Counted from the stretch's first letter, positions 27,518 to 37,615 are shown. The stretch is DNA of 64,000 nt from an uncultured Thermoleophilia bacterium (GCA_963791345.1 CAWBRS010000021.1:208225-272224); one strand, 5' to 3'. The notes: a model not told the origin generated them from the letters alone. A program made the numbers and translations.

Positions 27518-29671
27518 TCACTCTCTCGCCGGTCCGTTGCCCGCCGGAGCTTGCGGTGCCCGCTCCGCCGGGTCGGATCCGAGTTCTGCCGCCGACCCGT
27601 CCATCGGGTAGTCCGACGGGACGAGGTTGACGAGGACCTCGTCGGGGGCGTTGCGCAGCACGAAGGTCAGCGTGTCGCCGAAGAGGCGCTCGCCGGAGGG
27701 TCGTCGCTTCACGGCCCCCATGATGATCACGTCGGCGTGCCACTCCTGGGCCGTCTCCACGATGGCCCGGCCCGGCTGGCGCGCCACGACGAGGTGCGGC
27801 CACGCCTCGACGCCGAAGTCGTCGGCGACCGCCATGGCCGAATCGAGGATCTGCTGTCCGCGCCGCTTCTCCGCGTCGAGCGGCGCGTCGAGAGGCTGCT
27901 CCATGGGGACCTCGACGACGTACACCGCGTCGATGGTCGCCCCCTTCTCGGCCGCGAGCTGGCAGCCCAGCACCATCATCTCGTCGGTCAGCCGCGTGCC
28001 CAGCACGGGCACGAGGATGTGCTGGTAGTCGACGTCGGAGACGGCCGTCGACGGCAGCTTCGTCTCCTCGGGCTGCCGCAGCAGCGGCCGCCGCGACCGG
28101 CGCCGGTAGATCACGTACATCGCGAGGCCTCCGGCGAGCCAGGCGAAGCCGACGAGGCGACCCGTGGAGTGGGTCGCCACCATCAGGACCCAGATCAGCG
28201 CCGTGGCCGCGCCGCCGACCACCGAGGGCAGCGGCAGGGCGGCGCCGCGGAACCTCACGCTGAAGGGCACGACGAAGGGTCGCGGCATCCCGCGCTCGCG
28301 ATAGCGCAGCACGATGACCGAGAGGTGCGTCAGGGTGAACGCCAGCATGGCCCCGAACCCGAAGAGCCCGAGGAGCGACCGCGAGTCGGTCAGCACGACG
28401 ACCGCCGCGGTGACGAGGCCGAAGAGCACGATGCCCGCGGCCGGCGTCATGCGCGCGGCGTACAGGCGACCCAGGGCGACCGGGACCTGGTGGTGCCGGG
28501 CGAGGGAGTACACGATGCGGGCCGAGCCTCCCACGATGGCGTGCGCGGCGAGGAAGAGCGCGAGGGCCGCGACCAGCGCGACCCACGGCGTGGCCACGTC
28601 CTTGAACCAGTCGAGCTCGTCGGGCAGACCGTCGACGAGACCGATCAGGGGATCTTCGAGGTAGGCGCTGCCGAGCTCGCTGCCGTACAGCCGCGTCACC
28701 GGCTGCCCGGCCTCGTCGTAGACGTCGCCGGTCGGCTCCTGCGCGGGGATCACGTACCCGGAGCCGTCGTCTTCGACGGGCACCACGACCGTGGTCTCCG
28801 GGTCGTCGGCGAGCACGAAGGTCCCCGGCCGCTCGCCCGGCGTGACGGGGACCGGCTGGGTCAGCCCGGTCTGCGCATCGACGGGGACGACGTTGGACCC
28901 CACGGGCAGCGCGGCGAGCGCGGCGACGCTGAGGCCCACGGCCAGGATGACGATCACCGGCAGCACGACGTTGATGGTCAGCGGGATGTCGCGCCCCGGG
29001 TGCGACGCGCTCTCGGCGCGGCTCGAGATCGCGTCCAGCCCCGTGAACGCCGCCGCCGCCAGCGGCACGGCGTACAGCAGATTCCCCCAGGTCGGAGCGA
29101 CGCCGAGGTCGATCTGGTCGAGGGCCAAGCCGACCCGGAACTGGGTCACGAGGCCGAGCACGAGGAGGACGGTGAGCGTGGCCAGCCCGAGGACGGCCGT
29201 CAGCGTGCTCAGACGCACGGACTCCTGAAGCCCGAGGACGTTCAGCACCACGAGCACCACCACGACCGCGACGCCGATCAGCATGTCGTACGGCGCCTCG
29301 CGCAGCGAAGGCCACACCGCGCCCAGGTAGTACGGGATGAACCAGCTCGCGATGGCCACCAGGATGACGCAGTCGAGGAGCAGCGCCCACGCGGCGACGA
29401 ACCCGGTCAGGGGGTCGAAGGCGCGGCGCGCGAAGCTGGTGACGCCGCTGGCCTCGGGCATCGCCGCCGACGCCTCGGCGTACGACCAGGCGGTGAGGAG
29501 AAAGACGAGGCCGACCACGGCGATGACGATCGGCGCCGCGCCGAGCGCGTACAGCGCGATCCCCCCGAGCACGACGTAGATCGACGAGCCCACGTAGCCG
29601 AAACCGGTGCCGAAGAGCCCGCCGATGCCGACCACGCCGCCGGCCGGGTAGCGATACCTCCTCCGCGTCAC
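27518..29671 (-). CDS. APC permease-Usp fusion, copy 3 (intact)
   Basis: The 735-aa ORF starts at 29725. I prefer the GTG at 29671 (VTRRRYRYPAGGVVGIGGLFGTGFGYVGSSIY) by alignment with copies 1 and 2. The Usp part is ILVPVLGTRLTDEMMVLGCQLA..DVIIMGAVKRR. Confidence 0.85.
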   Translation of the reverse strand: MTRRRYRYPAGGVVGIGGLFGTGFGYVGSSIYVVLGGIALYALGAAPIVIAVVGLVFLLTAWSYAEASAAMPEASGVTSFARRAFDPLTGFVAAWALLLDCVILVAIASWFIPYYLGAVWPSLREAPYDMLIGVAVVVVLVVLNVLGLQESVRLSTLTAVLGLATLTVLLVLGLVTQFRVGLALDQIDLGVAPTWGNLLYAVPLAAAAFTGLDAISSRAESASHPGRDIPLTINVVLPVIVILAVGLSVAALAALPVGSNVVPVDAQTGLTQPVPVTPGERPGTFVLADDPETTVVVPVEDDGSGYVIPAQEPTGDVYDEAGQPVTRLYGSELGSAYLEDPLIGLVDGLPDELDWFKDVATPWVALVAALALFLAAHAIVGGSARIVYSLARHHQVPVALGRLYAARMTPAAGIVLFGLVTAAVVVLTDSRSLLGLFGFGAMLAFTLTHLSVIVLRYRERGMPRPFVVPFSVRFRGAALPLPSVVGGAATALIWVLMVATHSTGRLVGFAWLAGGLAMYVIYRRRSRRPLLRQPEETKLPSTAVSDVDYQHILVPVLGTRLTDEMMVLGCQLAAEKGATIDAVYVVEVPMEQPLDAPLDAEKRRGQQILDSAMAVADDFGVEAWPHLVVARQPGRAIVETAQEWHADVIIMGAVKRRPSGERLFGDTLTFVLRNAPDEVLVNLVPSDYPMDGSAAELGSDPAERAPQAPAGNGPARE

Positions 29672-30134
29672 GCCGCCACCGCTCCGGCCGCGCGACGCCC
29701 GGCCCGCCGCCCGGCCGACGGGCACCGGCAGACGGACCGTGACACGCAGCAGCGCGGCCCCGCACCGCTCAGAGCGGTGCGGGCAGCCTCGCCGCGTGCG
29801 GCATCAGACAGACGTACGACCTGTCGCGTCTCGTGCATAGCCATCCAAGGAACAGCCGGCGCCGCGGCGCCGGCCCGCAAGCCGAATCGACCGGCGGGCC
29901 AGGCCCCCTGCGATCGGCCCGGAAGCCGCGCCGCGGCGCGGCGCGGTCTCCCGGGCCAAGGGCCTGCTCGCATCGTCGTCACTACGTGAACAAGACATCA
30001 AGATAGGGCAAGCGACATAAAGAAGTCGTAAAGGCGACGCGCTCGCCGAAGCGCAGCGGCTCGCAGAGCGGCGAGCCGCTTCCTCCGGCGCACGGCGCGA
30101 GCTCGGCCTCGCGTGACCCTCGCCGACCGCGGAC

Positions 30135-30178
30135 GCGACGGGGGCGGGGGCGCCTGCCGGCGCCCCCGCCCCCGTCGC
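30135..30178 (-). terminator. GC-rich hairpin downstream of hppA
   Basis: Perfect 20-bp stem gcgacgggggcgggggcgcc / ggcgcccccgcccccgtcgc with loop tgcc. Confidence 0.5.
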
Positions 30179-30204
30179 GCTTCGCCCGCGCGCTGCTCCC
30201 GCCG

Positions 30205-32312
30205 CTACTGGACCAGGAACGGGATCACGAGCAGGGCGACGATGTTGATGACCTTGATCATCGGGTTGATGGCCGGGCCGGCGGTGTCCTTGTAGGGGTC
30301 GCCGACCGTGTCGCCGGTGACCGCCGCGGCGTGGGCCTCGGAGCCCTTGCCGCCGTAGGCGCCGTCCTCGATGAGCTTCTTGGCGTTGTCCCACGCCCCG
30401 CCGCCCGAGGTCATCGAGATGGCGAGGAAGATGCCGGTGATGATCGTGCCCATGAGCACGCCGCCGAGCACCAGGTAGGCCTTGTCCCAGAAGACGAGCG
30501 CGACGATGATGGGCGTGAGCACCGGGATCGCGGCCGGCAGCATCATCTCGCGGATCGCCGACTTGGTGACGATGTCGACGGCCTTGCGCGTAGTCCGGCT
30601 TGCCCGTGCCGTCCATGATGCCGGGGATCTCGCGGAACTGACGCCGCACCTCTTCGACCACCTGCCCGCCGGCCTTGCCGACGGCCTTCATGCAGAGCGA
30701 GGCGAAGAGGTAGGGCAGCAGGCCCCCGAGCAGCAGGCCGATGAGGACCCACGGCTCGTTCACGCGGAACATCTCGATCACGCCCTCGCCGAAACTCTCC
30801 TTCAGGTCGTTCGTGTACGAGACGAAGAGGATGAGGGCGGCGAAGCCGGCCGAGCCGATCGCGTAGCCCTTGGTGATGGCCTTGGTGGTGTTGCCGACCG
30901 CGTCGAGCGGGTCGGTGGTGTTGCGCACCTCTTCGGGCAGGTCGGCCATCTCGGCGATGCCGCCGGCGTTGTCGGTGATGGGGCCGTAGGCGTCGATGGC
31001 GACGATGATCCCGGTCATCGAGAGCATGGCCATGACGGCCACGGCGATGCCGTACAGCCCGGCCTCGCCGCCGCCGGCGACCTCGTAGCTCACGAGGATG
31101 CCGGCGCCGATGGCGACCACGGGCAGGGCCGTCGACTGCATCGAGACGGCGAGGCCCTGGATGATGTTGGTCGCGTGCCCGGTGACGCTCGCCTTGGCGA
31201 TGCTCTTGACCGGGTTGTAGCGCGTCGCCGTGAAGTACTCGGTGATGATGACGATCAGGGCGGTCACGACGATGCCGCTGACGGCACACCAGAACATGCG
31301 GTTCACGCTCGGCATGCCGGCGGCCTTGACGGCGTCGTTGTCCAGCATCCAGTAGGTGACCGGGTAGAAGAGCGCGATCGCGATGACGGCCGCCGCGGCG
31401 AGCCCCTTGTAGAGCGCGTTCATGATGTTCTGGCTGCTGCCGAGGCGCACGAAGAAGGTGCCGATGACGCTGGCGATGATCGACACGCCGCCGAGGACCA
31501 GCGGGTAGGTGACGGCGACGCCGACCTCGGGCCAGAAGAGGAAGGCGAGCAGCATCGCCGCCACGGCGGTGACGGCGTAGGTCTCGAACAGGTCGGCCGC
31601 CATGCCGGCGCAGTCGCCGACGTTGTCGCCGACGTTGTCGGCGATGACGCCGGGGTTGCGCGGGTCGTCCTCGGGGATGCCGGCCTCGACCTTGCCGACC
31701 AGGTCGGCGCCGACGTCGGCGGCCTTGGTGAAGATGCCGCCGCCGACGCGGGCGAAGACCGAGATGAGGCTGCCGCCGAAGCCCAGGCCGACGAGCGCGT
31801 AGACCGCGTAGTCGCCCCAGAACTTCGTGCCCAGCCAGTAGTACACGGCCACGCCGAACAGCGCCAGACCGACGACCAGCAGACCGGTCACGGAGCCCCC
31901 GCGGAAGGCGACCTTGAGCGCCGGGCCGAGACCCTGCTTGGCCGACTCGGCGGTGCGCACGTTGACGCGCACGCTGACCATCATGCCGATGTAGCCCGCG
32001 GCGGCCGACAGGCAGGCGCCGACCACGAAGCCGACGGCGGTCACGACGCCGTACGTCCAGCCGCGCTCGGTCAGCCCCAGAGCCACCAGCAGGATGACGA
32101 ACACGACCGACGCCGACCATGGCGATGGTCCTGTACTGCCGGTTCAGGTAGGCCTTGGCGCCCTCCTGCACGGCGCCGGCGACCTCCTGCATCTTGGCGT
32201 CGCCTGCCGGCAGGGCCATCAGCCAGCGGATCAGCACCACGCCGTACGCGACGGCGACGATGGCGCAGATCACGGCGACGAGCATCGCGTTGTCAGACAC
32301 CCAGCTTCCCAC
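30205..32312 (-). CDS. hppA: Membrane-bound ion-translocating pyrophosphatase; two frame breaks
   Basis: Motifs [54 protein letters not shown] and [22 protein letters not shown]. An AAAGGAG RBS precedes the GTG at 32312. Frame breaks lie near 32100 and 30590. Confidence 0.9.
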
Positions 32313-32423
32313 TTCCTGCTCCTTTCGCGGCCGGCACGGGCCGGCGCCCGCACAGCGCCGCGCGGCGAGGACCGCGCGGCGGTTGGCGTCATGACCGGGT
32401 GAGGCGAGCGCCCCGCGCGGATC

Positions 32424-33293
32424 TCAGCCCAGGTACTTGCCGATCAGCAGGTCGAGCTTGACCCTGGTCGCGGCCGGGATCAGCTCGGCCGGGGTGTTGA
32501 TCGCGTGCTCGACGGCGTGGTGGCACGAGCAGTCGCGCGCGACGTCGAGGGCCGGCACGACGGCGCGCACGATGGCCTGCGCCGTCTCGACGTTGCGGCG
32601 CACGTTGGCGAGGACCTGCTCGAGCGAGACGTCCTCCTCGCCCTCGTACCAGACGTCGTAGTCGGTGACCAGGGCCATCGTCGCGTAGCAGAGCTCGGCC
32701 TCGCGGGCCAGCTTGGCCTCCTGCAGGTTGGTCATGCCGATGATGTCGAAGCCCTGGCGCCGGTACACGTTGGACTCGGCGCGGGTCGAGAACTGCGGGC
32801 CCTCGATGCACACGTAGGTGCCGCCCTGGTGCACGGTGGCGCCGACGGCGCGGCCCTGCTCGACGACGACCTCGGAGACGTACGGGCAGAAGGGGTCGGC
32901 GAAGCCCATGTGCACGACGACGCCCTCGCCGAAGAAGGTGCTGGGCCGCGCCTTGGTGCGGTCGTAGAGCTGGTCGGGCACGACGATGTGCAGCGGCTCG
33001 AGCTCTTCGCGCAGGCTGCCCACGGCGCTGGCCGAGAGGATCGTGCGCACGCCGAGCTTCTTCATGCCCCAGATGTTGGCCCGGTAGTTGACCTCGGAGG
33101 GCAGGATGCGGTGGCCGCGCGCGTGGCGTGGCAGGAAGGCGACCGGCACGCCGCCGATCTCGCCGAGGAAGTAGCTGTCGCTCGGGGCACCGAACGGGGT
33201 GTCGAGATCGACCTCGCGGGCTCCCTCGAGCAACTCGTAGAAGCCGGAACCGCCGATCACGCCGACGACGGCTGCGTCCTTGACGCCCGCCAC
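32424..33293 (-). CDS. mtnP: S-methyl-5'-thioadenosine phosphorylase
   Basis: Motifs VVGVIGGSGFYEL, FLPRHARGHRILPSEVNYRANIWGMK and IIGMTNLQEAKLAREAELCYATMALVTDYD. The GTG at 33293 follows GGGGAGGG. An alternative upstream ATG lies at 33344. Confidence 0.85.
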   Translation of the reverse strand: MAGVKDAAVVGVIGGSGFYELLEGAREVDLDTPFGAPSDSYFLGEIGGVPVAFLPRHARGHRILPSEVNYRANIWGMKKLGVRTILSASAVGSLREELEPLHIVVPDQLYDRTKARPSTFFGEGVVVHMGFADPFCPYVSEVVVEQGRAVGATVHQGGTYVCIEGPQFSTRAESNVYRRQGFDIIGMTNLQEAKLAREAELCYATMALVTDYDVWYEGEEDVSLEQVLANVRRNVETAQAIVRAVVPALDVARDCSCHHAVEHAINTPAELIPAATRVKLDLLIGKYLG

Positions 33294-33479
33294 CTCACCC
33301 TCCCCTTCGGACCTTGGGCCGTCGGGAGTATACAAGGTGGCCATCGGGCGGCAAACTTCGTTGCGGACGGCGACCGCCGCGCCCTAGAATCGCCAGCGAC
33401 CGGCGCGGCGCGCGTCGGTCGCCGCGGCGTCGGCCCGCGCCCCGGACCGCCGCATCCGCCTGCCGAAAGGAGACGTCAC

Positions 33480-35468
33480 ATGGCCGAGGCACCCGAAGCC
33501 GCCGACCACATCATCTGGGAGCCGTACGGGGACTACCTCGAGAAGAGCAACGTCCGCCGCTTCATGGACGCCCACGGCATCGCCACGCTACGACGAGCTC
33601 ATCGAGCGCTCGACGAGCGACGTCGCCTGGTTCTGGGAGGCCGCCCTCGAAGACCTCGGCGTCGTCTGGGACGAGCCGTACGACACCGTGCTCGACGAGT
33701 CCGACGGCTTCCCCTGGGCGCGCTGGTTCGTGGGGGGCAAGCTCAACATCGTGCGCAACTGCGTCGACCGGCACGCCGCCGGCGAGCGCGCCGACCACGT
33801 CGCCGTCGAGTGGGCCTCCGAGGGCGGCGAGCGCCGCTCGGTGACCTACGCCGAGCTCGACCGCGAGGTGTGCCGCGCCGCCAACGCGATGCGCGCCGCG
33901 GGCGTCTCGCCCGGCGACACGATCGGGCTCTACATGCCGATGGTCCCCGAGCTGGTCACCGTGTTCTACGCGGCGCTCAAGATCGGCGCCGTCGTCATCC
34001 CCGTGTTCTCCGGCTTCGGCGCCCAGGCCCTCGCCACGCGGCTCGAGGACGGCGGCCTGCCGGCTCGCTCTTCACCGCCGACGGCTCGGTCCGCCGCGGC
34101 AAGCGCATCGCGACCAAGCCGGAGGCCGACCGCGCGCTCGAGTCCGCCGCCTGCGTCGAGAAGGTCGTCGTCGTCGACCGCCTCGGCGCCGAGGCGCGCG
34201 CGGCGAGCGGCCTCGAGATCGTGATGAAGCCCGGCCGCGACGTCTGGTGGAGCGACTTCCTCGCCGGGCAGGCCGAGACCTGCCCCACGGAGAGCCTCGA
34301 CGCCGAGCACCGGTCGCTCGATCATCTTCACGTCCGGCACGACGGGGCGCCCGAAGGGCACGGTCCACACCCACGTCGGCTGCCTCGCGCAGATGGCCAA
34401 GGAGCTCGGCTACGCCTTCGACGTCAAGCCCGACGACGTCTTCTTCTGGGTCACCGACATCGGCTGGATGATGGGCCCCTGGGAGCTGATCGGGGTCCAC
34501 TTCTTCGGCGCCACCGTCGTCCTCTTCGAGGGCGCGCCGAACTGGCCGCACCCGGGTCGCGCCTGGGAGGTCTGCGCCGAGCTGCAAGACCACGCACCTC
34601 GGCATCTCGCCCACGCTCATCCGCCTGCTCATGAGAGAGAGCCTCGAGCACGTCACCCGTTTCGACCTCTCGAGCCTCAAGTACCTGGGCTCGACCGGCG
34701 AGCCTTGGGACCCCGACTCCTACACCTGGTTCTTCGAGCACGTCGGCGGCGGCCGCATCCCGATCATCAACATCTCGGGCGGCACCGAGATCGTCGGCTG
34801 CTTCCTGCTGCCCTTGCCGATCACCGCCCTCAAGCCGACGACCCTGCGCGGCCCGTCGCCGGGCATGGCGATCGACTGCGTCGACGACGACGGCGAGCCC
34901 GTGCGCGAGCAGCTCGGCTACCTGGTCTGCCGGCGTCCGGCGCCGTCGATGACGAAGGGGTTCCTCAACGACCCCGAGCGCTACCTCGTGACCTACTTCA
35001 GCCGCTTCGGCGAGGACGTCTGGTTCCACGGCGACTGGGCCTACGTCGACGCCGACGGCTTCTGGTTCCTGCGCGGCCGCGCCGACGACACGATCAAGGT
35101 GAGCGGCCGGCGCACCGGCCCCGCCGAGATCGAGGCGGCGCTGCTCGAGCACCCGGCGGTCTCGGAGGCCGCGGCCGTCGGCGTGCCGCACGAGATCAAG
35201 GGCGAAGGCGTCGTCTGCTTCGTCGTGCCGCAGCGCGACGTCGAGGAGTCGGAGGAGCTTCGCCACGCCCTCGAGCAGCAGGTGGTCGACGTCATGGGCA
35301 AGACGATGCGCCCCGAGCAGGTGCGCTTCGTCGAGCGCCCTGCCCAAGACGCGCTCGGCCAAGATCGTGCGCGGCGTCATCCGTCGCGTGCATCTCGGCG
35401 AGGACCCCGGCGACCTGTCGAGCGTCGAGGACCCCTCGATGCTGAACGGGATCAGGGACTCGCGCTGA
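33480..35468 (+). CDS. AMP-forming acetyl/acyl-CoA synthetase; about 5 frame breaks
   Basis: AAAGGAG RBS. Read across frames: WFVGGKLNIVRNCVDRH, IIFTSGTTGRPKG, WVTDIGWMMGPW, GSTGEPW, GDWAYVDADGFWFLRGRADDTIKVSGRRTGPAEIE and LPKTRSAKIVR. Breaks lie near 33590, 34060, 34320, 34590 and 35340. Confidence 0.8.
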
Positions 35469-35793
35469 GCGCCGGCGGCGCCGGGCCGGCGACAGCCGGC
35501 CCGGCGCCGCCCCCGCGCCCCGGGGCGCGAGCCCCCGAGCCGCGCGACCCCGGCCGCGCTCCGGGCCGCGGCCCACGAGCCGCGACCCCGGGACGACAGC
35601 CTACTCGCGCGATGATAGGCTTTGATACATCCGACGATCGGCCGATCGGGATGTGAGTCGGGGCTCCCTTCGGCGCCCGCAGGCAGGTCGTCGCCGGCCC
35701 TTCGCTCCTCACCTGTGCCGGCGCGCGACCGCGGCGCCGCATCCGTCCCGTCCGCATCCTTGCCGAGCGCTCAGCGCGACGAAGGAGTGGAAC

Positions 35794-36492
35794 GTGCCCA
35801 AGAACAAGGTCCTCCCCATCGCCGAGGCGATGTCGCACATCAGGTCCGGCATGAGCATCGCCGTCGGGGGGTTCATCGGTCAGGGCGACCCCCTGACGCT
35901 CATCGACTACCTGAAGACGATGGACGTCAAGGATCTGACGATCTACGAGAACGACGCCGGCTTCCGCGAGCGCGGCATCGTCGAGCTCGTGCGCCTGGGC
36001 AAGATCAAGAAGGTCGTCGCCAGCCACGTCGGCACGACTCCCTACATCGGTCAGGCGATGAACGAGGGCCTGCTCGAGGTCGAGGTCGTGCCGCAGGGCA
36101 CGCTCGCCGAGCGCATGCGCTGCGGCGGCGCCGGTCTGGGCGGGTTCCTGACGCCGACGGGCGTGGGCACGATGTACGGCGACACGCGCGACAACGTCGA
36201 GCTCGACGGGCGCACGTACCTGCTCGAACGCGGGCTCAAGTGCGACGTGGCCATCATCCGCGCCCACGCCGGCGACACCTGGGGCAATCTCACCTACCGC
36301 GGCACCTCGCGCAACTTCAACGTGCCCGCGGCGACGTGCGCCGACTACGTGATCGCCGAGGTCGAGAACCTCTACGTGCTCGGCGAGATCGACCCCAACG
36401 CCATCCACACCCCGGGGATCTTCGTCGACGCCGTGGTGCGCGCCAACATCGACTACTGCGTCATGCGCGAGGAGGCGCTGGGCAATGACTGA
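35794..36492 (+). CDS. CoA-transferase subunit A (3-oxoacid/acetate CoA-transferase family)
   Basis: GTG start after GAAGGAG. Motifs GMSIAVGGFIGQGDPLTLI and VVPQGTLAERMRCGGAGLGGFLTPTGVGT. Confidence 0.85.
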   Translation: MPKNKVLPIAEAMSHIRSGMSIAVGGFIGQGDPLTLIDYLKTMDVKDLTIYENDAGFRERGIVELVRLGKIKKVVASHVGTTPYIGQAMNEGLLEVEVVPQGTLAERMRCGGAGLGGFLTPTGVGTMYGDTRDNVELDGRTYLLERGLKCDVAIIRAHAGDTWGNLTYRGTSRNFNVPAATCADYVIAEVENLYVLGEIDPNAIHTPGIFVDAVVRANIDYCVMREEALGND

Positions 36493-37153
36493 GGACCGCA
36501 AGCAGATCATCGCGTCCCGTGCCGCGCACGACCTCCGGGACGGGCAGATCATCAACCTGGGCATCGGTCTTCCGACCCTGATCGCCAACTACGTCCCCGA
36601 GGACGTCGACGTGGTCATCCAGACCGAGAACGGCGCCGTCGGCGTCGGCCCCCGGCCCGACCCCGGCTGCGAGGACCGCGACCGCGCCAACGCCGGCAAC
36701 GGTCCCATCACCATCGTCGCCGGCGGGTCCTACTTCGACTCCTGCACGTCCTTCGGCATGATCCGCGGCGGGCACCTCGACGCCACCTTCCTCGGCACCC
36801 TGCAGGTCGACGAAGAGGGCAACATCGCCAACTACTGGATCCCCGGCAAGATGCTCGCCGGCATGGGCGGGGCGATGGACCTCGTGACCGGCGCCAAGAC
36901 GGTCTACATCGTGACCGAGCACTGCGCCAGGGACGGCAGCCCGAAGCTCACGAAGCGCTGCACCTTCCCGCTGACCGGCGCCAAGGAGTGCGACGTCATC
37001 ATCACCGAGCGAGCCCTCTTCCGCCGCTACCCCGACAAGGGGTTCGTGCTCGAGGAGGTCGCGAAGGGCTACACCCTCGACGACATCGCCGCCTGCACCG
37101 ACATGGGCTATACGGTGGCCGACGACGTGAAGCTGGACGCCTACGGCGGGTGA
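36485..37153 (+). CDS. CoA-transferase subunit B
   Basis: Intact 222-aa ORF overlapping subunit A by 8 nt. Motifs INLGIGLPTLIANYVP and IQTENGAVGVGP (catalytic Glu context). Confidence 0.85.
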   Translation: MTEDRKQIIASRAAHDLRDGQIINLGIGLPTLIANYVPEDVDVVIQTENGAVGVGPRPDPGCEDRDRANAGNGPITIVAGGSYFDSCTSFGMIRGGHLDATFLGTLQVDEEGNIANYWIPGKMLAGMGGAMDLVTGAKTVYIVTEHCARDGSPKLTKRCTFPLTGAKECDVIITERALFRRYPDKGFVLEEVAKGYTLDDIAACTDMGYTVADDVKLDAYGG

Positions 37154-37233
37154 CCCGCTCCGGCGGCGACGGTTGAGGCGCGGCGCGGCGCGGGTATCTC
37201 CTGCCCACGACTCAGCCGCCCCCGGACCAAGGA

Positions 37234-37506
37234 GTGCACATGCCGGCGGAGCTCAGGGAGCGTTTCAGCCGCAAGGAGTGGAAGAACTGCTGCGGCAAGG
37301 GCTGCAAGAAGTGCGACATCGCCCAGGCCTACATCGGCGAGTACGGCAAGAAGGACGGCCTCGACCGCCTCAACGACGACCGCGCGGCGGTCAAGGCCGG
37401 CAAGGCCTCGGCCAAACCCGGCAAGAAGGCGGGCGCAGGCAAGAAGGCCGCCAAGGGCAAGAAGGGCAAGCACGGCGGCAAGAAGAAGGCCTCCGCCAAG
37501 GCCTGA
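37234..37506 (+). CDS. Small basic protein: an N-terminal CCxxGCxxC motif (Oxidored-like-type) and a Lys/Ala/Gly-rich histone-H1-like tail
   Basis: Intact 90-aa ORF. The N-terminal motif region is FSRKEWKNCCGKGCKKCDIAQAY. The tail is KAGKASAKPGKKAGAGKKAAKGKKGKHGGKKKASAKA. Confidence 0.6.
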   Translation: MHMPAELRERFSRKEWKNCCGKGCKKCDIAQAYIGEYGKKDGLDRLNDDRAAVKAGKASAKPGKKAGAGKKAAKGKKGKHGGKKKASAKA

Positions 37507-37521
37507 CGAGCCCGATCACTT

Positions 37522-37579
37522 GTGTGTGAACGGCCGCGGCCGCCCGAGAGACCTCGGGCGGCCGCGGCCGTTCACACAC
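37522..37579. terminator. Very long perfect hairpin between convergent genes
   Basis: 27-bp stem gtgtgtgaacggccgcggccgcccgag / ctcgggcggccgcggccgttcacacac with loop agac. Confidence 0.55.
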
Positions 37580-37615
37580 CCTCCGCCGCTCGACCCCAGT
37601 CGGGCGGCCGCGATC

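Noticed and set aside
37522-37579. The TGTGAA...TTCACA ends of the long palindrome as a Rex operator.
   Set aside because: The half-sites are about 45 nt apart rather than 4 nt. The element sits between two convergent stop codons, where a terminator is the simpler explanation.
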